A stretch of 64,000 bases of DNA from Rhynchobatus australiae. Its lineage: Eukaryota. The notes under the pieces are model-generated. The model was not told the origin of the DNA, searched no databases, and was given only the letters and a program-made list of their open reading frames with translations. The translations under genes were made by a program, and so were the position numbers. This document shows positions 12,451 through 26,471 of the stretch, piece after piece. The stretch covers positions 20,859,892 through 20,923,891 of the forward strand of contig JAUZTB010000107.1 of NCBI GenBank assembly GCA_034780895.1, read 5' to 3'. Position 1 is the stretch's first letter, and the number at the start of each line of letters is the position of its first letter.

Positions 12451-15400
12451 GGCTAACCCATTCCTCTTCCCCCCACTCAACCCCAGTAGTCCAGCATCAA
12501 AGTACACCTTGGATAAAATTGCCAACAGCCACTTCCAGATTCCATATTTGCATACACATATATGAAAATACCAAAGGCGTTGTCAATTCTATGTGAGAAA
12601 GGCAGCAAACACCATCGTTTAACTGCAAAACTCAGCCACTTATGTCTAAGATGTTCTTACAAATATTATTTAGTTTCTCTACTTAAATAATGCTTATTTA
12701 TTTAATATATTAATGAGCTCCTTCATGACTCCCACCATTTTAGATATANNNNNNNNNNNNNNNNNNNNNNNNNNNNNNNCAATTATTACTGCAGTTTCCT
12801 TAATAAATTTACTGAACCTTTTTCAATGGACAACCCAAGGACAACTCATTTGTAACAGCTGTTACATGATCAATTCAATTTGTTGAAGCTAAAATTGCAT
12901 AAAACAAGGAATCCTCCGATTCTCATTAAATATCTCCAAGGGAGATCTCCCATTAACTATAATTAATTTGACAAGTAGCTGGAAAATTGCAAGCAGTAAG
13001 CATACCAATAATTTCTTCAGCTGAACTTGTATTTATGTAACAAATTTTACAACTTTATGATGTCCTAAAACACTAGGAAGTGTTTCAATATTTCTGAAAA
13101 GCAGACACTTGTAGGAAATCGAGCATCATTATTCATGCTGCATGCTCCCACAAACATGATGTTGATAGGGGAATAAATAATATATAAAACTGAGTATATC
13201 TTTCCTTCTGCAGCATTTTATGTCCACCTGTTAGAGCATGTAACATGCTATTTCCATCATTTTCTGCTTTAATTTCAGATTTCTATACTTGGTAGTATAA
13301 TGATTTTAATATAATTTTACATAATTGGAAAGATAATCCAATGACCAGCAAGTTCTTGGAGCATGCTGCATCAGCATGATCCAGGATGCAGTCCTTTGCC
13401 AGAGCATAGGGCCTCTCCTGGTAGGCAACACAATAAACACTGTCAAAGTGGCTTACAGATCAGGTCAACTCTGTATCTGCCCACCGCCACAATGATAGCA
13501 CCATTGAAGCTGAATGTCTGACTCACCAACATTCAAGAACATGCAGGACCTAGCAAAAATAATTAAATTAAATTTAAATAGTTGAAAGACTGAACAAAAA
13601 CATACACATATAAACACTTTAATAAAACATTCGAACTAACTTAATTAAGTCAAATGGAAAGCTCTGCTTATTTCTCATTCAGGAGCTGATTTCTCCTATT
13701 CATTTTAATGATTGTTGTACCTGCAGAAGGCCTAAATTGCTGAAGGTTCAACAGGCAGATTTCCCCACCCGAGCACTGGGTAATCTGTGCTGCTTGGCAT
13801 TACCTGTTGGACTTTACAAAGTCCATTGCCACAGTGCAGGTGTTTCAGGACTTCCACTGCACCAAGCAGAAGACTGCATTTCAGTCGACCCAGTTAAAGG
13901 CTGGTCTGTCAGCAGAGCAGAACTCAGCATAAGATCCGGTGAAATGCTTTCACTTCGTCAATCTATATCCTCTTCAGCTCAATCTATTCCCTCTTGCCTT
14001 ATTTGTCAATTAATGTCTCCTACCTTCTACCATAACACAAACTTTCCCTCTTGTTCTACCACTTTCTCTGCATCTTAAAACCTCCAATTTTCCCCAGTTC
14101 TGATGGAAGGGTCATTAATGTAAAACATTAACTCTTCCTCTTTACAGTGGTGCTGCACCACCTGTTGTTTATTTCTAGCATTTTCTGATTTTTTTAAAAA
14201 TTCTGTTGTATTGCCATTTTAGCTAGTACTCCCATTTCGCTCCATCTGCCAGAGATTGCCTTTATTGTTTCCCTCCAGTGTTAACACAATAAAACCAGTA
14301 AATTTCCTCGCCCCCCCCAAAAGGCTTTGTAGAATGCTTCTCTTGTCACTTTCACCTCAGACACATCTTTATTTATTTTACATTCCTGCCCCTCTCATAT
14401 TTGTAATAAATAGTAAAGTGTCCCTAGAAGTTGAAATAAATTAATATTTTTGTTGCACTCAGAACAAATCCAAGGTTTAACCATTTTATGATTTCCTGAA
14501 AGTTGAAGATATTGTTAACCTCAATAGCATTATTCAATCACGTTAACCAGGGGTTTTGGTGAGGGAGGAAGATGGTACTAGGAGGGGTGCAAAGTAGGAA
14601 GACACAACTTCCATTCTCAGTGTATAACTTGGATCACTGATGTTTGGCTAGATGAGAGTAGGTCACGCCTTATACTTACAAGCGTGGAAGAATTTTTGTC
14701 GTGTTTTGTGGTGACTTAAGGACTAGACAGCCAATAAAGATTTTTTCTAAAGTATATTCATGATGATGGAAGAAACATAGCTGACATTTTATGCAGAGCA
14801 AGCAGCCAAATGCAGCAACTTAATGACTGTAAAATGTATTTCTAGTCACACTGACTGAACAATAAATATTGGGACCGAATATTGGGGAGAATTTCCTTAC
14901 CCCTCAGGAGAGATAGCCCTCAGTTTAATACCATTGACAGTAGAGGACATGAGTACCATATTAGGACTGTTTTGCTTTAGTCTCTAAGATTCACAACTTT
15001 CTGATTTGAAACTATGCCTGCTACCAACACAGTCATGGCTGATAATCAACTATTTGAGATTTCAAGTATGAATGTATTGAGTTATACATAACACCTCCAA
15101 TCTTTGGAACATCTGCATATTAAAGTAAAACAAGGGAATCATCCTTGCTTTCTTTGAACTCCATGCCTGGATCAATAACAGTTCAGTGACAAAATCAGCC
15201 TGAACAAACAAATCTACTTTTAACATTCCACGTTAGAAACTTCCAAATAATTTTCCTTTCCTTGTCTGGCGGCCACTCTTTCCAACAACTCTGATAATTC
15301 AAAACATACAAATTAACTCATACTTCCCTTATCACTCAAAGCTATTTCCCTCTACTGAGACAACAGATTTGCTGTTGTCACTACACATGCCAGAGAAATG

Positions 15401-15646
15401 CAGCATGTTCCCACTCCACTGCTGGACTCCACGAGACCAATGTTGGACTGCAGATGGCCAAACCAGAACAAAAATCCACTAGCAATTTCAGGACTTTCAT
15501 ATCCACACAGGAACAAAACCAATGCATTCAGACCAATAAACCAGTTCTATCATTCAACTATTTCATGGGCAAACATTACCACAATTCCATTATTCAGCAT
15601 TGATCCATATTATTTGATACTCTTACAAAAATTCTAGTCTGGAATA

Positions 15647-16011
15647 TAATAAAACTACAACAATCTGGTATCCAATTGTTTGGACATCCCAATGGTTTGC
15701 CATCTGGCTCACTGATTAATGTGAACCAGGAGTCCAGAGTGGAGCAGGGTGTGCAGCCAGAGCTGGGAAGAACAGAAAGTGCAAGACAAGCTGAAGCATA
15801 ACAACTAAAACTCACCAGGTTATTTCTCACTCCCTTTAAACTCACCAGGTCCAGTGAAAATTGGAAAGGGGAACATATACCACTGCCAACATGTGAAAAA
15901 AGTAAAACACAAGCATGTAATGGTACCAATATGAGTAACATCCAATAGTTCGGAAAATCTGCTGGTCCACCACCAAAGTCCTAAGGGCGCCATATTATCA
16001 GAGTTTTACTC
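15647..16011. mobile_element. Old Tigger/pogo-like MITE
   Basis: TA|TAATAAAACTACAACAATCTGG ... CCATATTATCAGAGTTTTACTC|TA: degenerate inverted termini. Confidence 0.5.
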
Positions 16012-17189
16012 TATTTCACTTCATTCACACACTGTATATTCTCAAGTAGAGTTCCACAACAGAGGTAGTTGGGAATGCAAATATGATCACATTATATTCA
16101 GTCACGACCTTACTGAATGGGAGAGAAGTCATGGGAGCCTATTCCAGTTCCTAATTCGTGTGTCCCTATATTTTACTGTGAGTTTATTCCTAAATAACAT
16201 GGCTATAATTTTAAAATTGCATTTCTTATGCTGGATTCCTCCAGAAGGTAACATAAGTTCAACATACCAGTTGATTAATTCAAACAGTTTAATTAGGATG
16301 CCCTTAAAAATTCAAAACTCAAGGGAATCCAATCCACTTTAGTGCAAATTGTTCTTGAAATGTAACCCCTCATACATGAACAAAACTTTTATGTTCCCCT
16401 TTCCAATTTTCCTTCCAATGCACATTCTGTAAATCTCAGCAGCAGAAGTAAATCTGATGTTCTATACCCCACTATTACAGAACTATTCATCTGTATTGTC
16501 TTGACTGTGTGATTCTTCCCCCACAATGCCACTTTTTAAAATTACCTTTTCTTTTCATTGTGGCCTTTTTTTTCCATAATAGGTATCAAGAGGTGAATAG
16601 CTCTGAGATCATTCAACAGCTACAAAAGTTCCCCCATACTATTCACAATTTTTATACCATTTTTGCTCACCTAACAGTGTCCATTGTTTGAGGAACTTCA
16701 AGATATACCAATGTGAAGTTCTCTACAACTGAAAATCACAACCAAATTCGAAAGCAATTATTAAACTTTATTCCAACACTCTAGGCTGGACAGAACATTC
16801 AACTTGGGCTTGCCAATAGCATCTGCTGGACAAGTGAATGTTATTTTCAGAACCCATAAATGGGCTGTAATCATTATGCAAGTCATGAGATACCATATTA
16901 AACAATTTAGCTGGAATCAACTATTGAAGCTTCAACTGTACTGCTAAAAAGGCAGAAATTCAGACACCAGTTTTGTAATGTCCACAATGATGATAGTTCA
17001 ATCACATTAAATACTGTTCCCATGATAATATGTTCTTGATACTTATAAATCATTGATGTTAAATTTCCTCAGGCATTCCACCATTGCTACAGATGAAATC
17101 CAAGAAAACTCCAATGATATGAGAAGTGCCAGAAATACATCTATTGTATGACATGTAAATAGGGAACCTTGTATTTTCCATATTTTCTT

Positions 17190-17495
17190 ATGACATAGGA
17201 GACCATTTGGCCCACTTTGTCTATACTGCACAGAGCAGTGGCTCCCATTCCCCAGTTATTTCCCTGTAACCCATTCTCCCCATTAACTGCCTCATCCCTC
17301 AAATTCTCCAGCCACATACTAGGGGCAATTTACAGTAGCCAATAAACCTACCAGTAAGTCTTTGGAATGTGCGAGGAAGCTGAGGCACATAAGGGAAAGC
17401 GGAGTCAGGGAATGCAATCTCCACAGAGTGCACTGGAGATCAATATCAAAGCTGCATCTCCAGTTGTGAGGCAGCAGTATCATCTATGCCACCCT
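17190..17495 (-). mobile_element. HE1-type (V-domain) SINE
   Basis: GGGGCAATTTACAGTAGCCAAT-AACCTACC...GTCTTTGGAATGTG.GAGGAA...TGTGAGGCAGCAG...GCCACC pattern, with a CR1-like tail. Confidence 0.65.
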
Positions 17496-17844
17496 TCCAA
17501 ATGATTCAATAAACTCTTAGCAAGATAAACCTCATGATTAAAAATTTAGAGAACAAATCAACTACACTGATCAATTTAAATTCTTAACTTGATCTTCGGT
17601 AAGAATATTTATGAAAACATTCAAACCCTGGAATGCAATTTCAATATTTGTCTAAAAACTTTAAAAACACCTTATAGATGATGGCATGCACTTTAGAAAA
17701 TATTTTGAAAATAAATAAAAGATTTTAACATGAGCACCACTAATAAATACACTGTGCTCTTTTTTTGATAATTCCTTTACAAGATACAAACATCTTCCGG
17801 CTATAAGCCAGAGTGTGGTACAAAGTTAGCATCTTATAAACAGA

Positions 17845-18380
17845 TAGTGTCAGAGTTATACCGCACAGAAACCGGCCCTTTGGCCCAATTCATTCACAAT
17901 GACTGAGGTGCCTTCTTGAGCTAGTCCCATTTCCCTGCATTTGGCCATTATTACTCAAATTTCTTGTCCAAATATCTTTTAAACATTGTGATTGCATCTG
18001 CTCTACAACTTCCTCTGGCAACTCATTCCATATACCCACCATCCTCTGTGTGAAAAACCTGCCTTTCAGGTCCCCTTTAAAACTTTTCTAGTTTTAGCCT
18101 CCCCTAACATGGGAAAGGTAGATGGTCATAGTCCTTTTATCTATGCTCTTCATGATTTTATAAACTTCTATAAGGTCAACCCTCAGCCTACTTTGCTTTA
18201 GGAAAAACAGTCCCAGCTTATCCAGTCTCTCCTCATAATTCAAGCTCTGCCGTCCCAGCAACATCCCTGTGAATCTTTTCTGCACCATTTCCAGCTTAAT
18301 TACATCCTTCCTATATGGCGGCCAGAACTGCACACATTATTTCAGGTGCAGTCTCATCAACGTCCTATACAGCTGTAATA
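17845..18380 (-). mobile_element. CR1 LINE 3' fragment
   Basis: ORF QFWPPYRKDVIKLEMVQKRFTGML...YEERLDKLGLFFLKQSRLRVDLIEVYKIM is the typical CR1 ORF2 C-terminus. Confidence 0.85.
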
Positions 18381-20679
18381 TTCTAGGGTTAGAAATAGTA
18401 TATGACATTGAGTTCAGTAAGAGGATGACATCATGAGCAAATTGTGAAGTGACCACAGTGCCTCAAACAAAAGATTAATAATTTCTAAATACCACACCTA
18501 CATCTAAAATATAAAGTTTACAGTTCTAATGCAAGTACTTTGATTTCACTGTCCTCCCAGGTCTAACACTGGAGGCAGAATCAGGATTTGGTTAATTTGG
18601 GCTAAGTGTAGATCTTAACAAAATGGTGCCTGTCTTCTTTATCTATTAGTTCTTCATCATTATTTCTCAACTGACAGGCTGCCTGCCCTAAGCCAACTCC
18701 ATTGTCACTGATGATCTGTGTGTAACCGTGGTCCTTAGCATTTCATCTTCCTTTTTTTTCCCCACTGTTGTTCCCCCATTCCCACATCACATAAATGGGA
18801 TTAGAAACTCATCTCAAAGAAAATTATAAAGTAAGTTAGAATTTTACCAAAGTAATTGTTTTAATCATTGGCTTTAAATTTCCCCAAACCTGGACCTACT
18901 ACATACTAATCAAGTAGCCAGAGCACTTATGTTTTGTGTTTCAATTTTAGATGTCTTCTTCCTACAGACTTGTGTAGGAGTAAACTGCCAATTCTTGTTG
19001 GACATATTCCAGATGGTTTCATCAAATTACATAATTGTTTTAAGAACAAGGCCACTCAAAATTCTTTCTCCAAGGAGTGAGGGGGCAAGTGAGCATTGTC
19101 TTGGCATTTTAAACAGATGTGCACAGCCTTCAGAAACTAAGAAACATGATTCACCATTCAATATTCATTTTAAGAGTTTCCCACTCTTCCCCTGGGAGTT
19201 CTTATGGCAAAGTTCAAGAGGTTAATTTTCAATTCTTGGAAGTTTCCAAGACAATCTGGAGAGCTGGCAGGCCTAAGCAAAAAGCAACAGTATTAAAATT
19301 GCTGCACATTTTCAATACTTAAAATACGAATTAATCAGAACTGAAAAGCTAACCAGTTATCTAAGAGAATTTCCAAGTTTTGCCTTTTTCATGCAGCTGT
19401 GATTGAGAAGGATATGATAAGGAAAGTGGTCTTGATCACTTCTAACTATGAGATGGTGAAGAAAGTTTAGTAAAGCAATATCGACAGGGAGAAAATAACA
19501 TTTCAGGCCAGTGACCATTTCCCTGAAATAATGAAATGTCACCAACTTTAATCATTAACGGTATCATTCTTTAAAGATGCTGCCTGATCAGAGCATTTCT
19601 AACATCTGCAGTACTTGGCTTAGAAGCACATCCTCTCCATGAGTCAAGAAAATCTACAAAAATATTAAACAGCAAAACAAGCAGCTAACAAATGTTATTA
19701 GACCATCAGTACAATTGAAATTATTCTTGCACTGTAATGAGCAATGTACTTGCAATTTCTAAATATTTCACATTTCAAACAAATAATCTTAGTGAATTAG
19801 AATATTTCCCATCTAATTGTTTCCAACTTCCTAACCAAATTAACTTGTATGATTCACAATCCTGAGAGAAAATAAGGGCATTGAAGCCTCAGTTAATTTT
19901 TGATTAATTTTTCATTAAAAAATAGCCATTAGGTGGCATGTATTCCTTTCTAGCCATCTTAGTTGCTAATTTAGGGACACCTAGAATGGGAAAAGTGAGG
20001 CAAAAATGTTCTTTATTTGAGCACAAGGTGCAAGCTTTAATTATGCACGTTGAGCCTTTTTTAACATTAAGGTTTCCCATTGTACAATTTCTGTACAGTG
20101 GCCAAAACAAAATGTCTCAGACAAATGAAGGTGCATAGTAGATACAACAACAGTATAGCATCAGCTTGCAAAGGATGGAACATAATGCGTTAGCATCTGA
20201 GGTATTAAGCTAATGAAATACAGTGTAAAGCCTGCTGCAAATCCTTACTACATGTGTGGAAAGAGTGCCACAATAATGGTGGAATGCATCAGCAGTGCAG
20301 AAGGCTTGCACAGCACTGGTCCCTTGCCAAACAATTTTTGAGGCCTGAGTTAGTTCACCTACATTTGCAGTTAAAAACACAGTAAAAACAATGAAAGTTT
20401 TGATGCATGAAGAGACTGGTCACCAATGAATGTACAAAGGAAATGCCTATTTCTATTATATATTCAACTTGAGTATTCTGCTGGATTGAAATAGAGAACT
20501 ATTACGATTCTACAATTGCTATCAAATGGACATACAAAGCAAGTGTTAAAAGTACTTTCTTAAGGAATGTGTAATAGATGGAGAATGTTACTGCATGTGC
20601 ACTGTTGTGTACATCAGGATTCTGAATCAGAGATAGTTGTATAAGACATCATTTTTTTTGTTTCCCCATCTGTTGGTTT

Positions 20680-20851
20680 TGAATAAGATATATTAATTAC
20701 AAAACCTTGATAGATGATAATTCTTCTTGAGTGTTGGGGTTCAAGTATCATTATATTAACTTCAGCATGAAAATCTAGATCAATACTCCTGTGTAGTAAA
20801 AAAGCTGTAATTTTTCACATGTTAAATTGAGACCCCATTTATTTGGAGAGC
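20680..20851 (+). repeat. Copy 1 of a ~172-bp local direct duplication
   Basis: Nearly identical to 21343-21516. Confidence 0.9.
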
Positions 20852-21342
20852 AAGGAGGTGCTGCCCAGTGTTAACAAATATTATTTTAAAAATTATCTGG
20901 TTTACATAATATTGTTTTGGGGGACCTTGAGAAAAATGAATTACCAAACATTTCCTACAATGATGACACTTTATTCACTCAGTACATGTGAAATGTAGCC
21001 CACTGACAGTGCAGATCTCTGGCATATCCTGGTTTATGAAATATATTTTGCAAAATGTACTGTACATTAAGCCAAATGTTTAAAAAAGTGCTACCTTCTG
21101 GTTCCAATATCCCTACTTTTGATGATGGTTACAGCTCGGTGGAGGCTATTCTGGCACTATATGAAGAGCAATCCACTTAGCCTCATTTCTCCACACTCTC
21201 CCCAAAGCCTTGCAAATCCTTTTGTTTCATACAGTGCCTTCCAGCCCCTAAACATTCACAGTAGTTTTCCTCTTAGTGCTTTTGCCAAACGCTTTCATTG
21301 CTTCACCCTGGCTCTTGACCTTTCCGCCAAAGGGTGAAGCAA

Positions 21343-21516
21343 TGAATAAGATATATTAATTACAAAACCTTGATAGATGATAATTCTTCTTGAGGGTTGA
21401 GGTTCAAGTATCATTATATTAACTTCAGCATGAAAATCTAGATCAATACTCCTGTGTAGTAAAAAAAAGCTGTAATTTTTCACATGTTAAATTGAGACCC
21501 CATTTATTTGAAGAGC
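21343..21516 (+). repeat. Copy 2 of the ~172-bp local direct duplication
   Basis: Differs from copy 1 by about 3 substitutions and the length of an A-run. Confidence 0.9.
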
Positions 21517-21519
21517 CAA

Positions 21520-23000
21520 TCTGTCCAACAATATCCTTCATGATTTTTATCAGATATTTTTATCAGATCCCCTTGCAAGTTCCTCTGTTCCAAGAAAAAC
21601 AATCACTGCCTATCCAGTCTATATAGATAACTAATACCCCACGTTCCAGGAATCAATTCTGTAAATCTTTCTTTTCAGCACCTTTTCCTGTCTTTCTGAA
21701 GTGTGGTGCCCAGAACTGGGCAAACTACTCTAGTTATGGCCCAACAATAGTTTTCTAAAGGGTTGTTATGACTTTTTTGCTTGTGTTTTATGCCTCTACT
21801 TGGAAAGTCCAGGGCCTTGAATGCCTCTATTACTGCAACCAATTTCTGCCATGTTCAATGAATTATGCACAAATATGCTCAGATTTCCCTGTCTTGTACC
21901 ACTTTTTAAAGTTGTTCTCTTGATATTGACTCTTATCACTCTCCCAACCAAAATGTAACTGCATCTCACAAAATTAAATTTCATCAGCCACCTTTCCAAT
22001 TCCATCAGCCTTCCCATATCTCCTAAAAGTCAATTACAAACTTCCACAAATTTCCTCCATCATCCACAAATTTGGAAATTGTGTCCTGAACATTCAAGGT
22101 AAGTAATGACCAACGTACATTTCTCCGCAGTCCGAAAACTACTTCTCTGTGTTTCAATTTCCTATCCACGCACCTCTGGCCTCTTTTATTCCACGGCTTT
22201 CAATCTTGATGACAAGCCTATTATTTGGCATCTTATGATATGCCTTTTGGAAGTTAATCTACACCACCCCAACCACATTTCTCTCACTGATCCCCCGTTA
22301 TTTTATTGAGAAAAGCTCTTATCCAATTAGTTAGAAGCAATATGTGTTCAACTATTCATTCTAGTTTTCTCTATCCATGCTGCCCCTGACTTTGTTTCTA
22401 AATCTTTCCCTACTACCAAGGTTAAACAGACTGGTCCGTAATTGTTAGGTTTATATCTACACAATTTTTGAACAAAAGATGTAATTTGCAATCATCAGGC
22501 ATCATCCCTGAATTTATAAAAATTTGGAAGATTATGGTCAGGGCCTCTGCAATTTCCTCCCTTACTTTCCTCAGCAACCCAGGATACCTCCCAGCTGGAC
22601 CGGGATATTTACTTTAACTCCAGCTCAATCTTGGACCATTTAGAATCACAATTATATCTTCTTGTGCTGCTACGCCAGCAGCATCTTTGTTCTTGTTAAA
22701 GACTGATGTAGTAAAGTGCTCAACTTTGTACTCAACAAAATCTTCCATCTCTATGATGTCCCAACTCTCCTCCAATAACAATTTTGCTGTTCACATGCCT
22801 ATTGAATATTTTTGAATTGCCTTTTATGTTTGCTGCCTGCTTTTTCTCATGCTCTTTCTTTGCTTGTTATTTCCTTAATTCCCATCTGATCTTTCTGTAA
22901 TCAGCCTGGTACTCATTCTGTTAATAATATGGCATCTGTTATATGCATTTTCCTTCTGCTCTGTTTTATTCCTCATCATTTTGATCATCCAAGGAACTCT
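21520..23000 (-). mobile_element. Highly decayed CR1 LINE
   Basis: Contains GTGTGGTGCCCAGAACTG (QFWAPH), WLMKFN, DFQKA-like (ATGCCTTTTGGAAGT) and YGPVCLT-like (AAACAGACTGGTCCGTAATT) remnants. Confidence 0.6.
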
Positions 23001-24029
23001 AGTTTTCCACATTCTTCTCCCACATGGGAATGTACCTCCAGTGTAGCTGAAACATTTTCAACTCAAAGGCCTGCTTCTCCTAAACTGATTTTATTTAACA
23101 TTCAATATTTTAGCCAGCAGCCAGTCCCATGTAATGGTATTTGGGACTATCAGTTAAAATTGTCCAAAAATGACTGGACACACAACTGTATGCTGTAAGC
23201 AATGCCTTTTAAAAAATAACTGTTAGGTAAGTGTAAAAATCCAGTTACAACAATCTACAGATTTCCTTCATTGTAAGTTGAAAACCTAAAATCTGTCATC
23301 AAGCTAAGTAAATAATAGTATCAACATTACAGTCAAACAGATTAACTGCTTAGTTCCTCATAACAGTTCATGGGACTATGTTGTGCTCAAATTAGCTGTA
23401 CCATTTCTAACCATGATGTATTACAAGAAATACTTAAAAGGATAACACGGCCATTAGGGAAGAATGTGTATTTTTAAAGTGTTTGCCATTTCAAGATCTG
23501 CATTTCCAATGATAACATCTATGATATACTGTTACAACAACTTAATTACTTTTTCAATGCAGNNNNNNNNNNNNNNNNNNNNNNNNNNNNNNNNNNNNNN
23601 NNNNNNNNNNNNNNNNNNNNNNNNNNNNNNNNNNNNNNNNNNNNNNNNNNNNNNNNNNNNNNNNNNNNNNNNNNNNNNNNNNNNNNNNNNNNNNNNNNNN
23701 NNNNNNNNNNNNNNNNNNNNNNNNNNNNNNNNNNNNNNNNNNNNNNNNNNNNNNNNNNNNNNNNNNNNNNNNNNNNNNNNNNNNNNNNNNNNNNNNNNNN
23801 NNNNNNNNNNNNNNNNNNNNNNNNNNNNNNNNNNNNNNNNNNNNNNNNNNNNNNNNNNNNNNNNNNNNNNNNNNNNNNNNNNNNNNNNNNNNNNNNNNNN
23901 NNNNNNNNNNNNNNNNNNGTGCAATGAGCTGGTTCTTCATGAGTGGCTTTTGTTAACTTGATGTCTTTACTCCCTCTGTACATCTTTCGCGGGGGCTTGA
24001 AAGAACAGCAGCATTGTTGTCTCAGGTCA

Positions 24030-24850
24030 GCAGGTAGCAACTAACAGAATGTTACAGGGATTGGCATTTGAACCCCAGCTATTCGTGCTCTGCATCAAAG
24101 ATTTGTCTAAGGGGATCCAGCGTCATATTTCCAGGTTCGTTGATGAGAAAAAACTAGGGGCAGTTATGAAGAGAGAGGATGCAAAAGACCTTCAAAAGAA
24201 TATAAACAAGTTGAATGAGTGGGCAGAAACATGACACACCTAATATAATGTGGGAACATGTGAAATTATCTACTTTGATGCACAAAACAGAAATGCAAGA
24301 GTTTTCTTTTTATAATGAGAGATTGGATACTGTTGATCTTCCAAGGGACCCAAGTGTTCTTGTGCACAAGTCACTGAAAGCCAACATGGATGTGTGGCAG
24401 TCAATTAGGAAGGTGAATGTGCACCAGCCTTTATTACAGGAGGATTTGAGTGTAGAAGTAAAAACACTTCACTGCAATTATGACCACACTGCAGTACTGA
24501 GTACAGTTTTTGTCTCCCTGATAAAAACTGAAATGCTTGCTATGGAGTAAGTGTAGCAAAGAAATACTAGAATGGTGGCTTTGCTGTATGAGGAGCGTTT
24601 GAATTGTGGTAATCCTGTATTCTCCTGAGTTTAGAAGAATGAGAGATGTTTCTTGGAAAGTCTGACAGGCTTGATACAGGGAGGGCAACCCTCCTGGTTC
24701 CAGAGTCTCGAATGAGGAATCACAGTCTCAGAGTAAGAGACAGGCTGCTTTCAACTGAGATGAGGAAACATTTCTTCAGAATGGTTAATCTTCAGAATTG
24801 GTAATCCCAGAGCATTGTGGAGGTTCATTCACTGAGTTCATTTAAAACAT
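24030..24850 (+). mobile_element. CR1 LINE RT/3' fragment, truncated at the Tc1 insertion
   Basis: Remnants include QGLAFEPQLFVLCIKDL...ISRFVDEKKLG (FADDTKLG), LNEWAET and VLVHKSLK. Confidence 0.75.
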
Positions 24851-24851
24851 A

Positions 24852-26471
24852 CAGTGGCATGCAAAAGCTTGGGCAACCCTGGTCAAAATTTCTGTTACTG
24901 TGAATAGCTTAGCAAGTAAAAGATAACCTGATTTCCAAAAGGCATAAAGTTAAAGATGACACATTTCTTTAATATTATAAGCAAGATTACTTTTTTATTT
25001 CCATCTTTTACAGTTTCAAAATATCAAAAAAGGAAAAGGGCCCAAAGCAAAAGTTTGGGCACCCTGCATGGTCAGTACTTAGTAACACCCCTTTTGGCAA
25101 GTATCACAGCTTGTAAATGCTTTCTGTAGCCAGCTAAGAGTCTTTCAATTCTTGTTTGGGGGATTTTCGCCCATTGTACCTGCAAAAGACTTCTAGTTCT
25201 GTGAGATTCTTGGGTCGCCTTGCATGCACTGCACTTTTGGGGTCTATCCACAGGTTGTTTAGGTCGTACACAGATGATGTTTAGGTCAGGGGACTGTGAG
25301 GGCCATGGCAAAACCTTCCGCTTGTACCTCTTGAGGGAGTCCATTGTGGATTTTGAGGTGTGTTTAGAGATGTTATCCTGTTGTAGGAGCCATCCTCTTT
25401 ACATCTTCAGATTTTTTTTAAACAGACAGTGTGATGTTTGCTTCCAGAATTTGCTGGTATTTAATTGAATTCATTCTTCCCTCTGCCAGTAAAATGTTCC
25501 CCGTGCCACTGGCTGCTACACAAGCCCAAAGCATGATAGATCCACTCCCATGCTTAACAGTTGGAGAGGTGTTCTTTTCATGAAATTCTGCACCCTTTTT
25601 TCTCCAAACTCCTGAGTCCTCACCACAAAATTCAGCATCAGAAGTTTGCAAAGGAACATCTAAACAAGCCTGATGCTTTTTGGAAACAAGTCCCATGGAC
25701 TGATGAAGTTAAAATAGAACTTTTTGGCGGCAATGAGCAAAGGTATGTTTGGAGAAAAAAGGGTGAGAATTTCATGAAAAGAACACCTCTCCAACTGTTA
25801 AGCATGGGAGTGGATCGATCATGCTTTGGGTTTGTGTTGCAGCCAGGGGCACGGGGAACATTTCACTGGTAGAGGGAAGAATGAATTCAATTAAGTACCA
25901 GCAAAGTCTGGAAGGAAACATCATACGGTCTGTTTTTTAAAAAAAAGAGCTGAAGATGAAAAGAGGATGACTTGTACAACAGGATAACAATCCTAAACAC
26001 ACCTCAAAATCCACAATAGTCTACCTCAAGAGGCACAAGCTGAAGGTTTTGCCATGGCCCTCACAGTCCCCCGACCTAAACATCATCGAAAGTCTGTGGA
26101 TAGACCTCACAGTGCATGCAAGGCGGCCCAAGAATCTCACAGAACTAGAAGCCTTTTGCAAGGAAGAATGGGTGAAAATCCCTCAAACAAGAACTGAAAG
26201 ACTCTTAGCTGGCTATAGAAAGCATTTACAAGCTGTGATACTTGCCAAAGGGGGTGTTACAAAGTACTGACCACGCAGGGTGGCCAAACTTTTGTTTTGG
26301 ACCCTTTCCCTTTCTTGTTATTTTGAAACTGTAAAAGATGGAAATTAAGTAATCTTACTTAAAATATTAAAGAAATGTGTCATCTTTAACTTTATGCCTT
26401 TTGGAAATCAGATCATCTTTTACTCAACTATTCACAGTAACAGAAGTTTTGAACAGGGGTCCCCAAACTTT
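24852..26471. mobile_element. Non-autonomous fold-back Tc1 (DD34E, IR/DR type) element made of two inverted transposase 3' halves
   Basis: Left end TA|CAGTGG. The ~210-bp terminal region has outer and inner direct repeats (CAAAAGCTTGGGCAACCC near 24862, CAAAAGTTTGGGCACCC near 25048). The left arm encodes the transposase C-terminus on the minus strand (to ...GVTKY* at 25072). The right arm encodes WTDE...QDNNPKH...SPDLNIIE...GGVTKY* on the plus strand (stop 26270), with 34 residues between D and E. Both arms are frameshifted. The right tip is lost in the gap. Confidence 0.93.

Noticed and set aside
25072-26270. Active Tc1 transposase
   Set aside because: The N-terminal half is missing and both arms have frameshifts or stops.
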